Assembly: GCA_021845985.1 (NCBI GenBank)
Contig: JAJZES010000002.1
Location: 5,179-69,178, forward strand
From: Pseudomonadota bacterium
GTDB lineage: Bacteria; Pseudomonadota; Alphaproteobacteria; Acetobacterales; Acetobacteraceae
DNA: 64,000 nt
Direction: 5' to 3'
Under the pieces are notes generated by a model. The model was not told where the DNA came from, did no database searches, and worked only from the letters and a program-made list of their open reading frames with translations. Position 1 is the first letter of the stretch. The number at the start of each line of letters is the position of its first letter. A program made the translations under genes and the position numbers. Of this stretch, positions 58,267 to 64,000 are shown piece after piece.

Positions 58267-59072
58267 TGCGGCTCGCCGTCTCCAATCTGGCCTGGCCGAC
58301 GGCGCAGGACGCCGCCGCCTTCGCCCGTCTCGCGGCGCTCGGGGTCGCCGGCGTCGAGGTGGCGCCGACCCGGCTGGCGCCGTGGGAGGCGCTGGAGGCC
58401 GGCATGCTGGCGGCGTGGCGGGCACGGCTGGCCGACGCCGGGCTGGCGGTCAGTTCGCTGCAGGCGATCCTGTTCGGCCGGGCCGAGCCGCAACTGCTCG
58501 GCGACGCGACGGCGTTCGCGGCGCTGGCGGCGCATGTCGCCCGCGTGTCCGACATCGCCGCCGCGCTCGGCGCCGGGGTGATGGTGTTCGGCTCGCCGCG
58601 CAACCGGCTGCGCGGGACGCTGGCGGAGGACGCCGCCTGGGCCCTGGCGCAGGAGCGGTTGCATCATCTCGCGGCACTTGCCGCCAACGCAGGCGTGGTT
58701 CTGGGCATCGAGCCGGTGCCGCCGATCTATGGCGCCGACTTCCTGACCGGCTGGCGCGAGGTGCTGCGCATGGTGCAGCAGGTCGATCATCCCGGCGTGC
58801 GGGTGCATCTCGATACCGGCTGCGTGGCGCTCAACGGCGACGCCATCGCCGAGGCGGTGGCGGCATCGGCCGGCTGGCTGGCGCATTTCCACGCCGCACA
58901 GCCGCAGCTCGGCGGGTTCGATCCGCCGGCGGCCAACCATGCCGAGGCGGCGGCGGCGCTGCATGCCGCCGGCTATGCCGGATGGCTGGCGATCGAGATG
59001 CGCGAACCGGCCGAGGCGCCGCTCGCCGCGGTCGAAACCGCCGTCCGCGCGGTCCGCCAAATCTACGCTTAG
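58263..59072 (+). CDS. sugar phosphate isomerase/epimerase (xylose-isomerase-like TIM barrel)
   Basis: MRLAVSNLAW.., GVxGVEVAP, VFGSPRNR, LGIEPV, HLDTG, family-typical strand ends. The GTG start overlaps the upstream stop (GTGA). Confidence 0.7.
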   Translation: MMRLAVSNLAWPTAQDAAAFARLAALGVAGVEVAPTRLAPWEALEAGMLAAWRARLADAGLAVSSLQAILFGRAEPQLLGDATAFAALAAHVARVSDIAAALGAGVMVFGSPRNRLRGTLAEDAAWALAQERLHHLAALAANAGVVLGIEPVPPIYGADFLTGWREVLRMVQQVDHPGVRVHLDTGCVALNGDAIAEAVAASAGWLAHFHAAQPQLGGFDPPAANHAEAAAALHAAGYAGWLAIEMREPAEAPLAAVETAVRAVRQIYA

Positions 59073-59162
59073 GCCGCCCCGACCGGACCATTTTCGGATT
59101 GGTCCATTGGCGTTGCGTGGGCAAGTCAACCCTGGCATCGTGACCGGCCGGCCGCATCAGGA

Positions 59163-59180
59163 ACCAATTTCCAAATTGGT
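59163..59180. promoter_or_regulatory. 18-bp palindrome ACCAATTT-CC-AAATTGGT upstream of the amidase/ABC operon; a related ACCATTTTCGGATTGGT lies at 59087-59103
   Basis: Read directly. AT-rich. 59 nt upstream of the amidase ATG. Confidence 0.35.
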
Positions 59181-59238
59181 GTCGCCCTGGCGGCACGGTC
59201 CTTGCTGATCCCATCCAGGCGGGCCGACGGTCCGCCGC

Positions 59239-60960
59239 ATGGCCCGGCAGTCGGGCGAAGGGGGCGCCTTGGCGGATCGCTTGCTGAGCACCGAGACCAT
59301 CGCCGCGGCGGAGGCGATGCTCGGCATCGCCTATACCGACGCCGAACGGGCGATGATCGCCGAGACCGCGGCGGCGCAGATCGACCATGCGGTGCGCCGC
59401 CGGCAGGTGCGTCTGCCGGTCGATCTCGCCCCGGCCAGCCGTTTCGACCCGCGCCTGCCCGGCTTTGCCATGCCGAACCCCGGCCCGCTGCGTCCGCTCG
59501 CCGAGCCGCCCGGCAAAGTGCCCGACCGTGCCGAAGACATCGCCTTCGCCCCGGTCGCCCGCCTCGCCGGCTGGATCGCCGGCGGCGCGCTGTCCGCCAC
59601 CACACTGGCCGCCATCTATCTCGACCGCATCACCCGGCTCGGCCCGAAGCTCGAATGTATCGCCAGCGTCACCGCCGATCTGGCGATGCAGCAGGCGGCG
59701 CGGGCCGACGCGCTGCTGGCGGGGGGAACCTATCTCGGGCCGCTGCACGGCATTCCCTGGGGCTGCAAGGATTTGCTGGATACCGCCGGCATCCTGACCG
59801 CCTGGGGCGCCGAGCCGTTCACCGGCCGGGTGCCGGACAGCGACGCCGCGGTGGTGCGCCGGCTGGCCGAGGCCGGCGCCGTCATGGTCGCCAAGACCAC
59901 GCTCGGCGCGCTCGCCTATGGCGACATCTGGTATGGCGGGGTGACCCGCAATCCGTGGAACCTCGCCGAAGGATCGAGCGGATCGAGCGCCGGTTCGGCA
60001 GCGGCGACGGCGGCCGGGCTGGTCGGGTTCAGTATCGGCACCGAGACGCTCGGCTCGATCGTCGCCCCGTCGCTGCGCTGCGGCACCACCGGGCTGCGGC
60101 CGACCTTCGGGCGGGTGCCGCGCGGCGGCGCCATGCCGCTGTGCTGGACGCTCGACAAGATCGGGCCGATGTGCCGCAGCGTCGCCGACACCGCCCTGGT
60201 GCTGGCGGCGATCAACGGCGCCGATCCGGCCGATCCATGCGGCATCGACGCCGCGTTCGGCTACGACGCGGCGGCGCCGGTCGGCGGGCTGCGGCTCGGC
60301 TATTACCCGGCCGATTTCGCCGCCGACGGTGCCGACCCGCTCGATCACGCGGCGCTGGCGGCGGCGCAGGCGCTCGGCCTGACGCTGGTTCCGCTGGAGC
60401 GGCCGGAGCTGCCCTACGACGCGCTGATGAACATTCTGTTCGCCGAGGCGGCGGCCTCCTTCGAGGAACTGACACTGAGCGGCGCCGATGACACGCTGAC
60501 CTGGCAGGAGCCGGGCGCCTGGCCGAACAGTTTCCGCAAGGCGCGCTTCCTCTCCGCGGTCGATCACGTCCAGCTCGACCGGCTGCGCCGGCGCGTCATG
60601 CAGGACATGGTGGCGGCCTTCGCCGGTGTCGATGCGATGATCGGGCCGTGTCTGGCCGGGCCGATGCTGGTCATCACCAACTTCACCGGCCACCCCTGCC
60701 TCGTGCTGCGCAGCGGCTTTCGCCGGTCGCCGACGCGCCAACGTCTGTCGCTGGCGCGGGCGCGGCTCGATCAGGGCGACACCGCGGCCGATGCCGGCGC
60801 CGGCGTGAGCGTGCCGCACGCCATCTGCCTCTACGGCCGGCTGTTCGACGAGGGCACGGTGCTGCGCATCGGCGCGGCGCTGGAGCAGAGTTTCGGCGTC
60901 GCCGCCCGGCGTCCGCCGCTCGACATCATGCAACAGAGCAAACAGGAGACTGCGCGATGA
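59239..60960 (+). CDS. amidase (amidase-signature family) with N-terminal extension
   Basis: GIPWGCKDLL (Lys), GSSGSSAGSAAATAAG. 573 aa. Confidence 0.85.
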   Translation: MARQSGEGGALADRLLSTETIAAAEAMLGIAYTDAERAMIAETAAAQIDHAVRRRQVRLPVDLAPASRFDPRLPGFAMPNPGPLRPLAEPPGKVPDRAEDIAFAPVARLAGWIAGGALSATTLAAIYLDRITRLGPKLECIASVTADLAMQQAARADALLAGGTYLGPLHGIPWGCKDLLDTAGILTAWGAEPFTGRVPDSDAAVVRRLAEAGAVMVAKTTLGALAYGDIWYGGVTRNPWNLAEGSSGSSAGSAAATAAGLVGFSIGTETLGSIVAPSLRCGTTGLRPTFGRVPRGGAMPLCWTLDKIGPMCRSVADTALVLAAINGADPADPCGIDAAFGYDAAAPVGGLRLGYYPADFAADGADPLDHAALAAAQALGLTLVPLERPELPYDALMNILFAEAAASFEELTLSGADDTLTWQEPGAWPNSFRKARFLSAVDHVQLDRLRRRVMQDMVAAFAGVDAMIGPCLAGPMLVITNFTGHPCLVLRSGFRRSPTRQRLSLARARLDQGDTAADAGAGVSVPHAICLYGRLFDEGTVLRIGAALEQSFGVAARRPPLDIMQQSKQETAR

Positions 60961-62528
60961 AGGATGTCGTCGTCACCCGCCGCGCGCTGCTGGCCGGGGT
61001 GGCCGCAATTTCGGCCGCCGGCCTGCCGCGTGCCGGCCACGCCGAGACACCGAAAGATGTCCTGGTGGTCGGCCATGTCGCCGAACTGCAGACGCTCGAT
61101 CCGGCGCAGGCCGTGACCATCAGCGACTTCCGTATCCTGTGCAACATCTACGACAGCCTGCTGCACTACAAGGACGGCAGCCTGGACGTCGAGCCGGGGC
61201 TGGCGGAATCGTGGACGATCTCGCCCGACGGCAAGACCTATACGTTCGCGCTGCGCCAGGGCGTCAAGTTCCACGACGGCACGCCGTTCGACGCCGATGC
61301 GGTGAAGTTCAACTTCGACCGCGTCATCGACCCCAACCATCCGTATCACAACACCGGCCCGTTCCCGTTCGTCTTCACCCTCGGCCCGATCGACAAGATC
61401 GAGGTGACCGGGCCGCATACGGTGGTGATGCAGCTCAAGGAGCCGTATGCCCCGGCGCTGACCATGCTGGCCGGCGCGATCGGCGGGCTGGCCGGCATCT
61501 CGCCGACGGCGGTGAAGACCTACGGCAAGGATTTCAGCCGCCACGGCGGCGGCACCGGCCCGTTCAAGCTGGTCGAATGGGTCAGCGGCCAGCGTTTCGT
61601 GCTCGCCGCCAACAAGGAGTACTGGCGCGGCGCGCCGAAGCTCGACGGGCTGGTGTTCCGCCCGATCGTCGATGAGAACGCGCGGGTCAGCGAGATGCTG
61701 TCGGGCGGCACCGACATCACCATCGAGGTGCCGCCGGACAACATCGCCACCTTCACCGCATCGAAGAACTTCATCTACTACCAGCAGCCGGGGCCGCATC
61801 TGTGGTACCTGGTGCTGAACACCAAAACCAAACCGTTCAACGACCAGCGGGTGCGCCAGGCGGCGAACTACGCCATCAACAAGGAAGCGCTGGTCAACGA
61901 CGTGCTGAAAGGCACCGCCAACGTCGCCAACGGCCCGACGCCGCCGGCCTTCACCTGGGCGCATGACGACGCGCTGCGGCCCTATCCGTACGATCCGGCG
62001 AAGGCCAAACAATTGCTCGCCGAGGCCGGCTATCCGAACGGCATCGACGTGACCTTCTACGTCACCGAGAGCGGCTCGGGCATGCTGTCGCCGGTGCTGA
62101 TGGGCACCGCCATTCAGGCCGATCTGGAAGCGGTGGGCATCCGCGCCAAGATCGAGACCTATGAGTGGAACACCTTCCTCGGCAAGATCATCCCGGCGCT
62201 GCCGGCCGATGTCGCGGTGGCCGAGCTGTCGTTCATGACCCAGGACCCGGACATGCATCCGGCACTGGCGCTGCGCACCGGCGCGGCGGTGAACTCGGGC
62301 GGCTTCTCCGATCCGAAAGTCGATGCGCTGATCGACGCCGGCCGCGCCGAAACCGACCCGGTCAAACGCGCCGCGATCTACAAGCAGCTGCAGGACCTCG
62401 TCCATGACGATGCGCCCTGGGTGTTCATCGCCAACTGGAAGCAGAACGCGGTGTCGTCGGCGCGGGTCAAGGGGTTCGAGCTGCATCCCTCGTTCACCAC
62501 CCGCTTCTACGCCACCAGCAAGACGTAG
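60957..62528 (+). CDS. ABC transporter substrate-binding protein, family 5 (peptide/nickel type), Tat-like signal
   Basis: TRRALLAGVAAISAAGLPRAGHA leader, then LDPAQA, SLLHYKDGS, GTGPFKLVEW. The ATG overlaps the amidase stop (ATGA). Confidence 0.9.
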   Translation: MKDVVVTRRALLAGVAAISAAGLPRAGHAETPKDVLVVGHVAELQTLDPAQAVTISDFRILCNIYDSLLHYKDGSLDVEPGLAESWTISPDGKTYTFALRQGVKFHDGTPFDADAVKFNFDRVIDPNHPYHNTGPFPFVFTLGPIDKIEVTGPHTVVMQLKEPYAPALTMLAGAIGGLAGISPTAVKTYGKDFSRHGGGTGPFKLVEWVSGQRFVLAANKEYWRGAPKLDGLVFRPIVDENARVSEMLSGGTDITIEVPPDNIATFTASKNFIYYQQPGPHLWYLVLNTKTKPFNDQRVRQAANYAINKEALVNDVLKGTANVANGPTPPAFTWAHDDALRPYPYDPAKAKQLLAEAGYPNGIDVTFYVTESGSGMLSPVLMGTAIQADLEAVGIRAKIETYEWNTFLGKIIPALPADVAVAELSFMTQDPDMHPALALRTGAAVNSGGFSDPKVDALIDAGRAETDPVKRAAIYKQLQDLVHDDAPWVFIANWKQNAVSSARVKGFELHPSFTTRFYATSKT

Positions 62529-62535
62529 GCGCGGT

Positions 62536-63486
62536 GTGGCCGGGTTGATCCTGCGGCGGCTGCTGATGGTGGTGCCGGTACTGTTCGGCGTCAGCGTGAT
62601 CGTGTTCCTGGTGATCTCGCTGATCCCCGGCGACCCGGCGCGCGCCATCCTCGGCACCTTCGCCACCCCGGCCAACATCGCCGAGGTGACGCGCCAACTC
62701 GGCCTCGACCGCCCCTTGCCGGTGCAATACATCATCTGGGTCGGCAAGCTGCTGCACGGCGATCTCGGCCGCTCCTACATCCTCCACAAGCCGGTGGCCG
62801 AGGAGGTGATGGAGCGGCTGATGCCGACGCTGCTGCTCGCCGGCACGGCGCTGGTGCTGGCCAGCATCGCCGGTATCCTGCTCGGCGTGGTCGCGGCGGT
62901 GCGGCAGAACGGCTGGCAGGACAAGCTGATCACCGTCACCGTGCTGATCGGCATTTCCACCCCCTCCTTCTGGCTCGGCATGCTGCTGATCTTCTGGTTC
63001 GGGGTGCGGCTGGAATGGCTGCCGGTCGGCGGCATGCGCGAGCTGTTCGGCGGCGGCGGCGCGCTCGACACGGCGCGGCATCTGGTCCTGCCGGCGGTCA
63101 CCCTGGCCGCCGTCGCCGCCGCCGTGCTGGTGCGGCTGACCCGCGGGGCGATGCTGGAAGTGCTGCGTCAGGACTACGTGCGCACGGCGCGCGCCAAGGG
63201 GCTGACGGAGCGGCGGGTGATCTACGTGCATGCGTTCCGCAACGCGCTGGTCGGCGTCATCCCGGTGATCGGGCTGCAGGCCGGCTTCGCGCTCGGCGGT
63301 GCGGTCTATATCGAGACGGTGTTCCAGTGGCCCGGCATCGGCCGCATGCTGGTCAGCGCCATCTCGACGCGCGACATCCTGCTGGTGCAGGGCGGCGTGC
63401 TGGTGGTCGCCACCGCCTATGTGCTGATCAACCTGCTGACCGATCTGGCGCAGGGTCTGCTCGACCCGCGGCTGCGCGACGCATGA
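62536..63486 (+). CDS. ABC transporter permease (DppB/OppB-like)
   Basis: LILRRLLMVVPVLFGVSVIVFLVISLIPGDP, EAA-loop DYVRTARAKGL. GTG start. Confidence 0.9.
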   Translation: MAGLILRRLLMVVPVLFGVSVIVFLVISLIPGDPARAILGTFATPANIAEVTRQLGLDRPLPVQYIIWVGKLLHGDLGRSYILHKPVAEEVMERLMPTLLLAGTALVLASIAGILLGVVAAVRQNGWQDKLITVTVLIGISTPSFWLGMLLIFWFGVRLEWLPVGGMRELFGGGGALDTARHLVLPAVTLAAVAAAVLVRLTRGAMLEVLRQDYVRTARAKGLTERRVIYVHAFRNALVGVIPVIGLQAGFALGGAVYIETVFQWPGIGRMLVSAISTRDILLVQGGVLVVATAYVLINLLTDLAQGLLDPRLRDA

Positions 63487-64000
63487 GCGCCACCGCCGCC
63501 GCCACCATCGCCGTTGCCGCGCCCGCCGGGCGCGGCGCCGCGCGGCCCTCCGCATGGTCGCGGCTGACCCACAACCGGATGGCCAGCATCGGCCTCGTGC
63601 TGCTCGGCATCATCGTCGCGATCGTGCTGGCGGCGCCGATCCTGCCGCTGGCGCCGCCCAACGTCACCCATATCGCCCAGCGGCTGCATGCGCCGCTGAC
63701 GCCGGGGCATCTGCTCGGCACCGATCAGGTCGGGCGCGACATTCTCTCGCGGCTGATCTGGGGCACCCGGCTCAGCCTCGCGGTCGGCGTGTTCGCCGCC
63801 CTGGCGGCGGGCTTCATCGGCTCGGTGATCGGCCTGCTCGCCGCCTATCGCGGCGGACTGGCCGATACGCTGCTGATGCGCGGCATCGACATGCTGATGG
63901 CGTTTCCCTACCTGCTGCTGGCGCTGGCCATCGTCGCCGTGCTGGGGCCGGGGCTGCTGCATGCGATGCTGGCGATCATCGTCGTCAACGTGCCGTTCTT
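63483..64000 (+). CDS. ABC transporter permease (DppC/OppC-like), 3' end outside window
   Basis: My own translation gives GTDQVGRDILSRLIWGTRLSL and MRGIDMLMAFPYLLLALAIV. The ATG overlaps the upstream stop (ATGA). The frame is open to the window end, so it is absent from the ORF track. Confidence 0.85.
   Translation, partial: MSATAAATIAVAAPAGRGAARPSAWSRLTHNRMASIGLVLLGIIVAIVLAAPILPLAPPNVTHIAQRLHAPLTPGHLLGTDQVGRDILSRLIWGTRLSLAVGVFAALAAGFIGSVIGLLAAYRGGLADTLLMRGIDMLMAFPYLLLALAIVAVLGPGLLHAMLAIIVVNVPF

Overview
High-GC (roughly 70% by eye) chromosomal segment with alphaproteobacterial-type gene content and synteny. It is densely packed with about 60 protein-coding genes, most of them housekeeping. 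Genes I recognise: parE (3' end), HU, murQ, glnK-amtB, a UbiH-family hydroxylase, three MFS/Bcr exporters, a TPR-sulfotransferase pair, GNAT/C-N hydrolase/lpxB, tdh-kbl, glnB-glnA, rph-rdgB-ecsC, hrcA, metW, pheST, rpmI-rplT, vapBC, lipB, rplY-pth-ychF, a marR operon, a ClC channel, a nine-heme cytochrome c, dnaB, a purine permease plus adenine deaminase, two amidases, a GH16 glycanase, a three-gene sugar-type operon and the start of a peptide-type ABC transporter. I found no rRNA, tRNA, CRISPR array, transposase or integrase. The many long antisense ORFs in the track are artefacts of GC-rich sequence. I do not see a clear-cut novel multi-gene system such as a defence island. The observations most worth follow-up are listed here. 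(1) A 5'-truncated and frameshifted metX remnant is fused to the pheT stop codon, with an intact orphan metW. (2) A family of CCCCTCCC/GGGAGGGG hairpin and inverted-repeat elements with G-quadruplex potential sits inside operons. (3) A monoheme plus octaheme cytochrome c lies next to a CBS-ClC channel, behind a perfect MarR-type palindrome. (4) A TPR-sulfotransferase/TPR module is followed by a separately promoted small ORF. (5) An acyltransferase-3 gene is translationally coupled to a beta-helix protein with a PEP-CTERM-like tail. (6) A leaderless GH16 glycanase is followed by an FAD-oxidoreductase / atypical SDR / TIM-barrel operon. (7) A sharply AT-rich mosaic covers the 5' end of a GT9 glycosyltransferase. 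All functional calls rest on recognising motifs and family-typical sequence by eye. No database search or HMM was run, and start codons are best guesses.
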